Source of the DNA: Planctomycetota bacterium
GTDB taxonomy: Bacteria > Planctomycetota > UBA8108 > UBA1146 > JAJFFE01
Assembly (NCBI GenBank): GCA_021776775.1
Contig: JAJFFE010000303.1
Location: 10,342 to 74,341, forward strand
DNA: 64,000 bases
Reading direction: 5' to 3'
Position numbers and translations under genes: made by a program. This document shows, piece by piece, positions 38,070 through 46,920 of this stretch (its first letter is position 1; each line of letters begins with the position of its first letter). A model generated the notes under the pieces. It was not told the origin of the DNA and made no database searches. It saw only the letters and a program-made list of their open reading frames with translations.

Positions 38070-39395
38070 TCAATCGGTCAGAAGGCGATGGGTTTCCGCG
38101 ATTCGTGTCGCCCAATCGCCCGGCACTCCGGCCTTCTCCGCAAACGCCGGCCACTCACGCACCGCGTCCAGAGTGTCGTCGATGACCGCGTTCGCTTTTT
38201 GTGGGCGTAGATCGGCGGCGGCCGCCGCTTCCACCAGGTCATCGCGGGTGAAGTCGTCCCGTTTGTCGTTCACTCGCATCTGGTGATGCGACGTCCACTT
38301 TCCGTTGGGGTTGAACGAATAGGTGACGTCGAAGGCGGGGGCCAGCGACCATTCGCCGGTGCGGTCCATCATGAACGCAATGTTCTTCGTGTGGTCGTCT
38401 TGGTTGCGAGCGACGACGTTGAAGACCATGCGTCGGACTAGCTGTTCCAGTGCCAGGGCGGTGTCTTGAACGCCTATCTTTCGGGTCACCCCGAAGGACT
38501 GTTCGTACGAGTAGGCGCCGGCTCGGTTGAAGTCGTAGTGAGCGATGGCGCACAAGCTTTGCAGGTGGAGCTTGCCGCCGCTGTCCGAGTGATCGAAACG
38601 CCTGGTCATGAAGTGGGCGCGCTCGTTCTCTTCGAGCAGTCGGCACTGTGTCATGTCGATCCCCGCGGCCTTCGCCATTTCCGAGTAGGCGTATTCGATA
38701 CGGCCGAACCCGAGTGGGTCCGCGAGTTCCTTGTCTGCGTTGCTCGCCACGCCATCGAACTTGAGGATCCAATGTTCGAAACCAGCGGGCGCGTCGGTTT
38801 GTCCGGAGACGACCTCGTTTGTCTCTTCATTCCAGGCAACCACCGCTTTCGCTCGCGCTCCTCCGGCCGAGGTCCCGACCGAAATGATTTCGCTCAGGGT
38901 TTCTTGGTCGGACGTGTCGTCACTTCCGCTCAAGCGACCCACGAGTTCGCGTCGGCTCGATAGCGCGAGGTTGGCCAGCCGTACTAGTTCGCCGATGGCC
39001 AGCGGGGTCGCGGAATCGATTCGCTTCCGGAGGTTGGGTCGGTACTCGAGCGCACCCATTCCCCGAGAGCCCATATAGCAAAGTCGCTCGACCGGACTGA
39101 AGGAGTCGGCGGAGCGTCCTTGTTCTTCGAGCCAGCGATCGATGAGGATCGTGCCGAACTTGTCGGGCAACGAATCCGCGATGAGTCCGGGAAGGCCGTG
39201 GAACGATTGGCGTGACAGCTCGGGAAATGAGTAAATTTCGGAGCTGCGCGGCATGGTCAACGGTGCGATCTCGATCGGGGCGTCGAGAAACTCGGGGTCG
39301 TACTCGAAGAAGCCGAGCGCTCGGTCGACGTCCCACGCCACGGCTCCGATTCGAGTTCCCCACAAGACAACTTCGGCGGCGACGGGGTCTCTCAT
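38070..39395 (-). CDS. hipA: HipA-family type II toxin (Ser/Thr kinase)
   Basis: 441 aa. HipA N-terminal coupling domain (..VVLWGTRIGAVAWD..FEYDPEF..) and a HipA-like C-terminal kinase domain (..DDHTKNIAFMMD..W.LAPAFDV..). Confidence 0.85.
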   Translation of the reverse strand: MRDPVAAEVVLWGTRIGAVAWDVDRALGFFEYDPEFLDAPIEIAPLTMPRSSEIYSFPELSRQSFHGLPGLIADSLPDKFGTILIDRWLEEQGRSADSFSPVERLCYMGSRGMGALEYRPNLRKRIDSATPLAIGELVRLANLALSSRRELVGRLSGSDDTSDQETLSEIISVGTSAGGARAKAVVAWNEETNEVVSGQTDAPAGFEHWILKFDGVASNADKELADPLGFGRIEYAYSEMAKAAGIDMTQCRLLEENERAHFMTRRFDHSDSGGKLHLQSLCAIAHYDFNRAGAYSYEQSFGVTRKIGVQDTALALEQLVRRMVFNVVARNQDDHTKNIAFMMDRTGEWSLAPAFDVTYSFNPNGKWTSHHQMRVNDKRDDFTRDDLVEAAAAADLRPQKANAVIDDTLDAVREWPAFAEKAGVPGDWATRIAETHRLLTD

Positions 39396-39745
39396 TGTGG
39401 TTCATCTCCCCAGCGCCAATCGCCCGCTTCGCTCTCGTCCTCGCGCGGAGCGGACGCCCGTTGTCGTGACGGCTTTCTTGAACTAGCGAGGTCCATCGGG
39501 CGCACCTTGGGTTCGGGAAGGATGAGTCCGAGCTGTTCTATTTTGCCGAGGGCTCGAAGGAGGGCGATGAAGGTGAGGATCGTGGTGTTCCCGCGTCCCG
39601 ACTCCGCTCGCTTGACCGTGATCGCGCTCACGCCGGCCTTCTTGGCGAGGTCTTCCTGCGTGACGTTGGCTTGGAGGCGTGCGGCTCGAAGGCGCCCGGC
39701 CAAGAACACGAGCACGTCTTGGTTGCTGGCGCGGTTGAGGTCCAT
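39392..39745 (-). CDS. hipB: HipB-like XRE-family HTH antitoxin
   Basis: ATG 39745 after AGGGAG. HTH is ..LRAARLQANVTQEDLAKKAGVSAITVKRAESG.. The stop overlaps the hipA ATG (ATGA at 39392-39395). The track ORF start at 39829 would run into the operator region. Confidence 0.8.
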   Translation of the reverse strand: MDLNRASNQDVLVFLAGRLRAARLQANVTQEDLAKKAGVSAITVKRAESGRGNTTILTFIALLRALGKIEQLGLILPEPKVRPMDLASSRKPSRQRASAPREDESEAGDWRWGDEPQ

Positions 39746-39816
39746 GGGCGGGCTCCCTTTCTGTGGCGCGGCCGTTCGTGCGCGGTCTAACCGCCGGGCA
39801 GTGGTTCCCGAGCTGA

Positions 39817-39917
39817 AGATCGCTCTCAAGATACCTTATCGGTTTTTAGGCATATTTAAGTATCTCAGAAGATACCAAGTAGCTCTTTCCTGGCAAGGTA
39901 TCTTTTGAGATACCTTG
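39817..39917. promoter_or_regulatory. Three palindromic operator-like sites in an AT-rich stretch upstream of hipB
   Basis: AAGGTATCT-TTTG-AGATACCTT at 39896-39917 (9-4-9, perfect). GTATCT-CAGA-AGATAC at 39861-39876 (6-4-6, perfect). A degenerate aagatcgct-ctca-AGATACCTT at 39817-39838. Centres are 38-41 bp apart. Confidence 0.65.
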
Positions 39918-40002
39918 TTTGCTCTTGGAGCCATTTGGGGATCGTATGAGATCCTTTGTTCGCCAGGGCTGCGTTGCGTCGTTCTTGGCCCCCAGGAGCC
40001 GA

Positions 40003-40902
40003 TCAGCGCCGACCCCAGCATCGCCGACGGTAGTCGCGCACCGCGGCGGACATGGCGCGCGCGGCGCCCAGCCGACCGGTGAGAGCGTAGCGCAGCGCGC
40101 GAATACGAGTCCGTCGCAGCACCGCTCGACGGGCGCGAAGGGCTTCCGCCGTGTCCGGGGCGTGGAGTTCGTGGAACAGGACGCGATTGCGAATCTGGTA
40201 GTACCGCGCCAGCTCCGAACCGTCGCCAACCGCGCCGGACCCGATGTGCTCGACCCGCGCCACGGGATCGTGCAGCAAGCGCCAACCACGGTGAAGGAGT
40301 CGCAAGCTCAAGTCCGTGTCTTCGTAGTACAGGAAGAAGCGTTCGTCGAAACCACCCACGCTGTCGAAGGCAGATTGTCGAATGAGCGGTGCGCATCCGC
40401 AGATGAAGTCGGACTCGAACGGGGCGAGGACTTGATCGGGTTCCGCCTCGCCGTGTCGAAGCCCTTCGATCGAACCTTCCGGCCAGTGAATGCGCCCCCC
40501 GTCGTGCCAAATTTTCGCGTCGCTCTGGCGAAGAATGCGAGGCCCGACCATCGCGACCGACGGCTGGCTTCCGAGAGTTCGTAAGAGTCGAGCGACGGCT
40601 CCGGTGCAGAGTTGCGCGTCGTTGTTCAGGAGCAGAACCGCGTCGACGGGGTGCTCTCGTTGAATCACCTCGAAGCCGAGATTCGCCCCGCCTCCGAATC
40701 CGAGATTCTCGTTGGGAGCGATGATCGTAATCGAGGACCGAAGATCTTCGGATAGCTCGAGCGGGGGGGCGTCGCTGCCGTTGTTGTCGACGACAAAGCG
40801 ACCACGTGGTGCGGGTTCGATGTCGAAGGTCGACCGCAAGCACGCTTCGGTATGCGCCCGTGATCCGTAATGGATCACGCAGATCGCATAGTCACGAATC
40901 AC
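40003..40902 (-). CDS. Family 2 glycosyltransferase
   Basis: GTG 40902 overlaps the EamA stop (GTGA). GT2 pattern: ..ICVIHYGS.., ..VVDNNGSD.., ..NLGFGGGANLG.., ..LLLNNDA.., ..FFLYYEDTDLSLR.. The 544-aa track ORF 40003..41637 is an out-of-frame extension over the EamA gene. Confidence 0.8.
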   Translation of the reverse strand: MIRDYAICVIHYGSRAHTEACLRSTFDIEPAPRGRFVVDNNGSDAPPLELSEDLRSSITIIAPNENLGFGGGANLGFEVIQREHPVDAVLLLNNDAQLCTGAVARLLRTLGSQPSVAMVGPRILRQSDAKIWHDGGRIHWPEGSIEGLRHGEAEPDQVLAPFESDFICGCAPLIRQSAFDSVGGFDERFFLYYEDTDLSLRLLHRGWRLLHDPVARVEHIGSGAVGDGSELARYYQIRNRVLFHELHAPDTAEALRARRAVLRRTRIRALRYALTGRLGAARAMSAAVRDYRRRCWGRR

Positions 40903-41834
40903 GATGCGACTTCCACGGGGGTCGACGCCGAGCGGCCGGTGTAGGTGACAAGGATGACGGCCAGGCAAATCGCCACGCCTCCGTAGATTGCACCAGTCGT
41001 GAGCGGTTTGTCGCGAACGAATACGTCCATCACGCAGCCGACGAGCGGTTGCAAGAATACGAACGGAGCCATGGTCGACGCCCGGAGATGTTGCAACGAG
41101 AAATTCCAGAGTATCGTCGCAAATACGGAGACGAGAACGCCGAGAAGAACGGCGTACTTCACCGCCTGTGCGAAGTCGGGCCCGCGACTCCACGTTTTCA
41201 TTTCGTAGCCAGCGAGAGGAAGCATTGGAACCAAAGAGAACAACATGATGATGAAGGCGAGATCGATCGCTCGATGACGATTGGCGAGTGGCTTGATCAC
41301 CGGTGAGTAGATTCCCCACAGCACCGCGTGCACGATCAATATCATGTTTCCGCGGGCGTGCTGGCTTTCCATGAGATCTCGAGGAAGCAGCGAGTTCCAG
41401 CTTGTCACATTGCCGATGAGAACGAGGTAGGCGCCGGCGAGACCGATGAGTAGCCCGATGATCTGAGTTGGCCGAATGCGTTCTCTCAGGAGTAACCACG
41501 AGAATAGCAGGATCGATGCTGGCTCGAGCAGGGTCAAGATCGAGGCGTTGCTCGGCGTCGACATACGAACCCCGATGATGCCGAGCACGAGCGGGAACCC
41601 TGTGGCTACGATGCCGATGATCAGCAGCCGGACCCACTCAGCCCGCGTGTATCGCATTCGCCAGCCGGTCGTCATGGCGACCCACGGTCCCAAGACCAGG
41701 ACGGCACAGATCGAACGAATCGCTGAGACCATGCCCGGCTCGAGACCGCACTCCATCGCACGAATCGACCAGTGATACGAGAGGCCACCGAGCACGTTCG
41801 CAACGATGATGGCGAGGACGGCGGCGGCTCTCAC
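40899..41834 (-). CDS. EamA/DMT-superfamily transporter
   Basis: 311 aa with ~10 TM helices in two EamA-like halves. Confidence 0.75.
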   Translation of the reverse strand: MRAAAVLAIIVANVLGGLSYHWSIRAMECGLEPGMVSAIRSICAVLVLGPWVAMTTGWRMRYTRAEWVRLLIIGIVATGFPLVLGIIGVRMSTPSNASILTLLEPASILLFSWLLLRERIRPTQIIGLLIGLAGAYLVLIGNVTSWNSLLPRDLMESQHARGNMILIVHAVLWGIYSPVIKPLANRHRAIDLAFIIMLFSLVPMLPLAGYEMKTWSRGPDFAQAVKYAVLLGVLVSVFATILWNFSLQHLRASTMAPFVFLQPLVGCVMDVFVRDKPLTTGAIYGGVAICLAVILVTYTGRSASTPVEVAS

Positions 41835-41839
41835 AGTGG

Positions 41840-43069
41840 CTACGGTCTCTTCGGGAACAAGTAGTAGAGCTGTCCCTCACGATTGGTGTAGCCCGCAACT
41901 TGCTCCGCCGCCGGTCCGGTTCCGAGGTACAGGTCCGCCCGACCCGCGGATCGAATCGCTCCGCCCGTGTCTTGGTCGAGGTAGAGCCCGGTGTGTCGGA
42001 CCATTCGAATCTCGCCGTTGACGGGGTCGGTTTCCGGGAGGTGCGTCGAGGCGATCACCGGGCCGCCGCGGGGGAACACCGACTTGTCGGTGGCAACCGT
42101 GTGGTAAGGCGTGACCCTGGCACCGAGGCTACCAAATGGACCCGGCTCGGTGACGTGTTGGAAGAAGACGTAGCTCTCGTTCACATCGAGAATGCCGACG
42201 TCTTCGGGGTACGCGGCGAAGTAATCCTTCAACGTCTTCAGCGATACTTCGTCGGCTTCTAGCTTGCCGCGCCGAATCATCTCCGCGCCCAAGGAGCGGT
42301 ACGGGCGATCGGTCTTGCCCGCGTAACCGACATCGAGGTGTCGTCCGTCGGGCAACTCGATGCGCGCCGATCCTTGCACATGCACGATAAACGTCTCGAA
42401 CGGATCCGCGAGGTAGACCAACTCGCCGCCGCTGAGATAGCCGCTGTTCTCGATTTCGGCTCTCGAGTAATACGGCACGAGCGCACCGCTGCCGGTTCGT
42501 CGACCGCGCGGCGTCCCGTCGGTTTCGGTGACGAGGTCGTTCGGGCGACGGTAGAGCGGATACTTGAACGTCTCGTTCTTCGTCATGCTGCCCTTGAAGA
42601 TAGGCGTGTAGTACGCGGTGAACAGGACTTCGCCGCTCTGCGCGTCCCATCCAGCGGACTGATAGACGTCGAATGACTGGTAGACGAGGTGTTCGAACTC
42701 GTCGCCGGAGCGCGCCGTTTGCAGGATTGTCCGCAAGCGCTCGAGTCCGTTTTGTTGATCCGCGTGCGTGATGCTTCGATCTTCGGTCGAGTAGGGGAAG
42801 TGCTTCTTCGACGAAGGCTTGTCGAAGTACTCCAAGCTCTGTTCAACCGCCTCGAGAGCTTGATCGGCGTGTCGGTGCACGCTGCGAATGTCGGGATAGA
42901 GATCCGGAGACACCCGAACTAGAGCCGGCGCCCCCGGCGGAAGTGGTCGGGAGTAGTCCTTCTTGATCGGTGCTTGGCGACAGCCGACTACGAAGAAGCA
43001 CAGAACAAGCGTGACTATCGTCAAAGAAACTCGAAGCACCGTTCGCCTCCTCGTGGGGTTGTCGTTCAT
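41840..43069 (-). CDS. mltA: Membrane-bound lytic murein transglycosylase A-like lipoprotein
   Basis: Lipobox ..FFVVGC.. MltA-specific region and 3D domain (..TPYHTVATDKSVFPRGGPV....YLDQDTGGAIRSAGRADLYLGTG..). Confidence 0.8.
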   Translation of the reverse strand: MNDNPTRRRTVLRVSLTIVTLVLCFFVVGCRQAPIKKDYSRPLPPGAPALVRVSPDLYPDIRSVHRHADQALEAVEQSLEYFDKPSSKKHFPYSTEDRSITHADQQNGLERLRTILQTARSGDEFEHLVYQSFDVYQSAGWDAQSGEVLFTAYYTPIFKGSMTKNETFKYPLYRRPNDLVTETDGTPRGRRTGSGALVPYYSRAEIENSGYLSGGELVYLADPFETFIVHVQGSARIELPDGRHLDVGYAGKTDRPYRSLGAEMIRRGKLEADEVSLKTLKDYFAAYPEDVGILDVNESYVFFQHVTEPGPFGSLGARVTPYHTVATDKSVFPRGGPVIASTHLPETDPVNGEIRMVRHTGLYLDQDTGGAIRSAGRADLYLGTGPAAEQVAGYTNREGQLYYLFPKRP

Positions 43070-43139
43070 CGCTAATGGCGGGATGGCTCAAGCATGATGC
43101 CGGAATGTCGCCGGACGTGCCAGGCGAGAAGCTGCGGGC

Positions 43140-43244
43140 TTTTGCGGCAAAGGGCAACGCTCCCAACTGTCACAGCGCTTCGCCTGGCTGAAGACGAGCG
43201 TGTTCATCAGGCTATCTCTCGCCAAGCCGCCAAGATCCGCAAAG
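43140..43244. repeat. Dispersed intergenic repeat, copy 2 (modules A and B both forward)
   Basis: Module A is CAACGCTCCCAACTGTCACAGCGCTTCGCCTGGCTGAAGAC (43155-43195). Module B is CTCTCGCCAAGCCGCCAAGATCCGCAAAG (43216-43244). Confidence 0.65.
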
Positions 43245-43330
43245 TCCGCTAAGCTGATGATGGGCGCGTCGATACCGGTGGCGCGTCGCATCTAGACCCG
43301 TCGAACCACTGAGGGACGAGGATCAAGTTC

Positions 43331-43436
43331 CTTTGCGGCCTTGGCGGTTCTCTGCGGCTTTGCGAGAAAAGGCCAAGCGACGAAAGTACAACGACCAGCG
43401 CTCCCAACTGCCACGACGCTTCGCGCGGCTGAGGGC
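43331..43436. repeat. Dispersed intergenic repeat, copy 3 (module B inverted, module A forward)
   Basis: CTTTGCGGCCTTGGCGGTTCTCTGCGGCTTTGCGAGAAAAGGCCAAGC...CAGCGCTCCCAACTGCCACGACGCTTCGCGCGGCTGAGGGC. Abuts the stop codon of the 43436 gene. Confidence 0.7.
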
Positions 43437-44965
43437 TAGCGAAGGATGCTCTGCAGATTGAGCTTCAGCTTCTCGATGCCGACTCGGGGCGGATAGCCGA
43501 CGATCGAGGACTTGAGAATCCCTTGATCATCGACCAGCAAGACCGTGGGCGTGCACTCGAGGCCAAGTTCGTCGAAGAACGCTCTTTGTCCGGCCACCAG
43601 CGGAAGAGTGACGCCTTCGTCTTTCAGGAATTGGCCCAGCGTCGAAAGCGATTTGTCAGTCGAGCCGGGCTCGCGGGTCAGCACGATCACTCTGAGGCGA
43701 TCTCCGTACGTCCGGCGCAAGGGTTCCAGTTCGGACAAGAGACGTTCGTTGTCTTGCTGGTCGGGAGTTGCCATGGCGAGAATGACGGTCGGGGTTCCCG
43801 AGCATGCTGACAAATCCCACGATGTTCCGTCGCCGTCCGTGCCGAGGAAATCGGGAAGCAGGTCCTCGTACCGCGCCTCGAGTTTCGCGAGCTGTGCTTG
43901 GAACTTTGCCGCGAGCGGCCGCACGGATTCGATGTAGTCGTCGAACATGTCGAGGGTGACCGTTTGATACGGCGAGCCGATGAGCCGGTCGCGTAGCATC
44001 GATGCGAAGAGCTTTCGCTCATCGAGGTCTCCGCCGGGATGAACGAAGCGCATCTGTCCCTTGGTCGTCGCCAGCTCGGCCCGGCGTGGGAAGCGTTGCT
44101 CCTCGGGAAGGTTGCTATCGTTGAAGCGGTCGCTGCTGATTCGCACCGTGAGATGCGGCTTGCCTTCTTTCTCGAGACTCCAGTCCGAAGAGTACTTCAC
44201 TAGGACGCCGTCCGGCGCAACCTGGTACCACATGGTATACGCCGTGAGATGTGGTCCGACGCCAGTGACCGGCCGACAAGGACGTGTCAGTTTTCCTAGG
44301 ATCTGGAGGCCGTCGCTGTGCGGACTCACGGTCCACGCGAGATCAGCGACGTAAGTATCGTTGGAGAGGTGCAAACGCTCGGACGACTGCGTTGTGGTGA
44401 GCGGCGTGTCTATTCCCAACGGCGGCACCGGCGACAGCTGTAGGTGGCTGAACGGCTCGTAGTCCCAGTGGGCGAATACCGAGTCGACGCGGTTCAGTTC
44501 GTCGAGGCTCATGAACAAGATTCGATCCTTGCGGCCGAGCCGTTTCTTCTCCGGGCCCTCTTCGTAGATTTCTACGTGCGGCTTGTTGACGTGCACGAAC
44601 GGCTCGGCCCCGGGAGGGCGCAGCGTCGCGCGCAACGCAACCTCGAACGTTCCGCTGTTCGGCATTTGCCCGTAGGCCAGGTAGTGAACGTCGAAGGTCG
44701 AGGACCGAGACGGCTTGCCCCCTCGAGGCGCGTCGCCGAGCCACTCGTTCACCGTGACCGACGACTGGAGTTGGGTCGCGTCGTGAAACGCCGGTTTGGG
44801 AGCGGGAGTCTCTCCGGAAGGAGTCTGTACCGCCGGTTTCGTGGTGCTGCCCTCTTGCGCGCTCGCCGATAGAACCACGACGAAGAAACCGAGGGCGGTG
44901 ATGATTCGGAAGGGGAGGCCGGTACTGTGGAGGCTGGCACTGCGTTTCGCGAGCGGTGGGTGCAT
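43436..44965 (-). CDS. Secreted protein with C-terminal thioredoxin-fold (TlpA-like) domain lacking the CxxC cysteines
   Basis: ATG 44965 (MHPPLAKRS..ITALGFFVVVLSASAQE), with an alternative TTG at 44998. The C-terminus ..TPTVILAMATPDQQDNERLLSELEPL...PTVLLVDDQGILK.. lines up with the TlpA pattern ..VVLNFWATWCGPC.., but the redox Cys residues are replaced. Confidence 0.6.
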   Translation of the reverse strand: MHPPLAKRSASLHSTGLPFRIITALGFFVVVLSASAQEGSTTKPAVQTPSGETPAPKPAFHDATQLQSSVTVNEWLGDAPRGGKPSRSSTFDVHYLAYGQMPNSGTFEVALRATLRPPGAEPFVHVNKPHVEIYEEGPEKKRLGRKDRILFMSLDELNRVDSVFAHWDYEPFSHLQLSPVPPLGIDTPLTTTQSSERLHLSNDTYVADLAWTVSPHSDGLQILGKLTRPCRPVTGVGPHLTAYTMWYQVAPDGVLVKYSSDWSLEKEGKPHLTVRISSDRFNDSNLPEEQRFPRRAELATTKGQMRFVHPGGDLDERKLFASMLRDRLIGSPYQTVTLDMFDDYIESVRPLAAKFQAQLAKLEARYEDLLPDFLGTDGDGTSWDLSACSGTPTVILAMATPDQQDNERLLSELEPLRRTYGDRLRVIVLTREPGSTDKSLSTLGQFLKDEGVTLPLVAGQRAFFDELGLECTPTVLLVDDQGILKSSIVGYPPRVGIEKLKLNLQSILR

Positions 44966-45219
44966 GAGGTCTCTCGGTCTTGCGGGGGTGAGGGTCAATT
45001 GTCCGACCCAGGAAGTTCCTTTTCAACGGCGGGGTCGCGATTGAGGTCGTCTTTCTGCGCCTCGCCTGAATCGGGCCGCGTCAGGACGACGTAGGATCGT
45101 TCACAATACCGTCTTCCACCGCTCGCCACGGCCGAGTCCACGGGGTACCGTATGGCGCGATCTCGGCCAGAGCGGGTCGACCGGAGAGTCCTCTATCGTT
45201 GCACGGAAATCGGGGCGTA

Positions 45220-46887
45220 ATGCGATCGACGTTCACTTGTGGCTTGGTCCTGCTTTTCGTGTCTGGCTGTACCCACACCGAGAAGTTCGACGACGGCTCA
45301 CTGAAGGCGCACGGTCCGATTCACTGGGCGTCTGGGAAGCAGACCGGCGAGTGGAAGCATTATCACCAAGGCGGAGAGCTTCGCTCGGTCGGCTCGTTCA
45401 CGGAAGACCTGCAAGTCGGGGAGTGGACGTACTTCCACACCGACGGCAAGAAAGAGATGGAAGGCGACTACGCCGATCACCGCCGGGTGGGTCTCTGGCG
45501 CTACTTCCACCGCGGTAACGAAAAGCCGAGCGGCGAGGGCCGTTTTCACCGCGGCTATCAAGATGGCGTCTGGACCTTCTGGGATCGCACCGGCAACCCG
45601 ATTCAACGCGGCCCGTTCGATCGTGGCAAGCAGAGTTTGCGGTGGGAGTATTGGTACCCGGGCGGTGAGAAGAAGGCTGAGGGATACCACTTCGAGGGCG
45701 CCAAGGTCGGGGTGTGGAAGTTTTGGAGCCGCGACGGAAAGCTGGCCGAGAAAGACTACCGCATGCCCGCGGGAGTCGAGCTGATCGTCGAGCGCTCTCC
45801 CGTACCGGCCGGCGACGAGCCCGCTCCGGTGCGTCGGATCGGCTTTCAACGCGACGGCAAGAAGATGGGTCGCTGGGCCGCCTACCACCCGAACGGTGAG
45901 CTTCGCTTCGTCGGAAACTTCGATGCCGGTGTTCCCGAAGGAACGTGGGTCGTGTACTCCGAAAGCGGAGCCGAGCTCACCGCCGGCACCGTCACCGCGG
46001 GACGCCCGGCCGGCAAATGGGAAGCGTTCGGGGACTCGCCGTACACGTGGGAGCCGAGCGCTGACCGCCCGGGTGCGGCGCCGTTTACCGGTGAATGGTT
46101 GAGCGCTGAAGACGCCGAGGTGCTCGACATGCAGGGATTGGTCGAGACCTACCTCGCCGAAATGACGTCGAGCATCGGTTTCGACGACGTCGCCGATATT
46201 GCTCGCACCACGACCGAAGAAGCCGACGTCTCGGCGCTCGATTCCTCGACCGCCCCGCAATCGGTTCCGACCGCCGACGTCGACTGGACGGCGGACCAGA
46301 AGAGCAGCATCAAGGGCATGATCAAGACGTACGGTGACAACCCGCCGGAGGTCGACTCCAAGTACGGGCTGCCCGCGGTGCGTGACGGCGATCGTTCTCG
46401 GGCCAGCGCCATGGAAGGGAAGCCGCTTCCCGTCACGGTCTTCGAACGGGCCGAAGGCGGCGAACTCGACATCGCCAAGTTCCAAGGAACGAAGCCGGTG
46501 CTGCTCATCATCCTGCGAGGCTACGCAACACGTGTTTGCGTGTACTGCTTCGAGCAGATGATCGCGTACAAGCGAAGCCGGTTGCTCGACGAGTGGAGCG
46601 ACAAAGTCGAGATCTTGGTCGTCTATCCCGGACCGAGAGAGGGACTCGCCGCGTTCCGCCGTCAGTTCGAGAAGGAACCGGACTACGCGCTCCCCGATTT
46701 TCCGGTACTGTACGACCCGAGTCTGGCGCTGACGGCGGCGCTCGACATCGTCGGAGAACAGGCGATTCCCACCACCATGATTCTCGATTCGAGCGGGGTG
46801 GTTCGGTTCTCGTACGTCGGAGAGTCGATCGAGGATCGGCCGTCAGCCAAACTCATTGCGGACCAGCTGCGCAAGCATGCCAAGTGA
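45220..46887 (+). CDS. Lipoprotein with MORN-like repeats and a C-terminal redoxin/AhpC-TSA-like domain (CxxC present)
   Basis: Lipobox LLFVSGC. About 8 repeats of the G.W..Y..GG/NG....G.F..G...G.W..W type. C-terminal ..KPVLLIILRGYATRVCVYCFEQM..IPTTMILDSSGVVRF... Confidence 0.7.
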   Translation: MRSTFTCGLVLLFVSGCTHTEKFDDGSLKAHGPIHWASGKQTGEWKHYHQGGELRSVGSFTEDLQVGEWTYFHTDGKKEMEGDYADHRRVGLWRYFHRGNEKPSGEGRFHRGYQDGVWTFWDRTGNPIQRGPFDRGKQSLRWEYWYPGGEKKAEGYHFEGAKVGVWKFWSRDGKLAEKDYRMPAGVELIVERSPVPAGDEPAPVRRIGFQRDGKKMGRWAAYHPNGELRFVGNFDAGVPEGTWVVYSESGAELTAGTVTAGRPAGKWEAFGDSPYTWEPSADRPGAAPFTGEWLSAEDAEVLDMQGLVETYLAEMTSSIGFDDVADIARTTTEEADVSALDSSTAPQSVPTADVDWTADQKSSIKGMIKTYGDNPPEVDSKYGLPAVRDGDRSRASAMEGKPLPVTVFERAEGGELDIAKFQGTKPVLLIILRGYATRVCVYCFEQMIAYKRSRLLDEWSDKVEILVVYPGPREGLAAFRRQFEKEPDYALPDFPVLYDPSLALTAALDIVGEQAIPTTMILDSSGVVRFSYVGESIEDRPSAKLIADQLRKHAK

Positions 46888-46920
46888 ACGGCGAGCGAAT
46901 GCCGAGAGGGTATCCCTGAC

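Noticed and set aside
40903-41637. N-terminal 245 aa of the 544-aa ORF 40003..41637, and the 335-aa ORF 39836..40843
   Set aside because: GT2 similarity starts only at VIRDYAICVIHYG (GTG 40902, overlapping the EamA stop). The upstream part overlaps the EamA transporter out of frame. 39836..40843 is an Arg-rich alternative frame of the GT2 gene.
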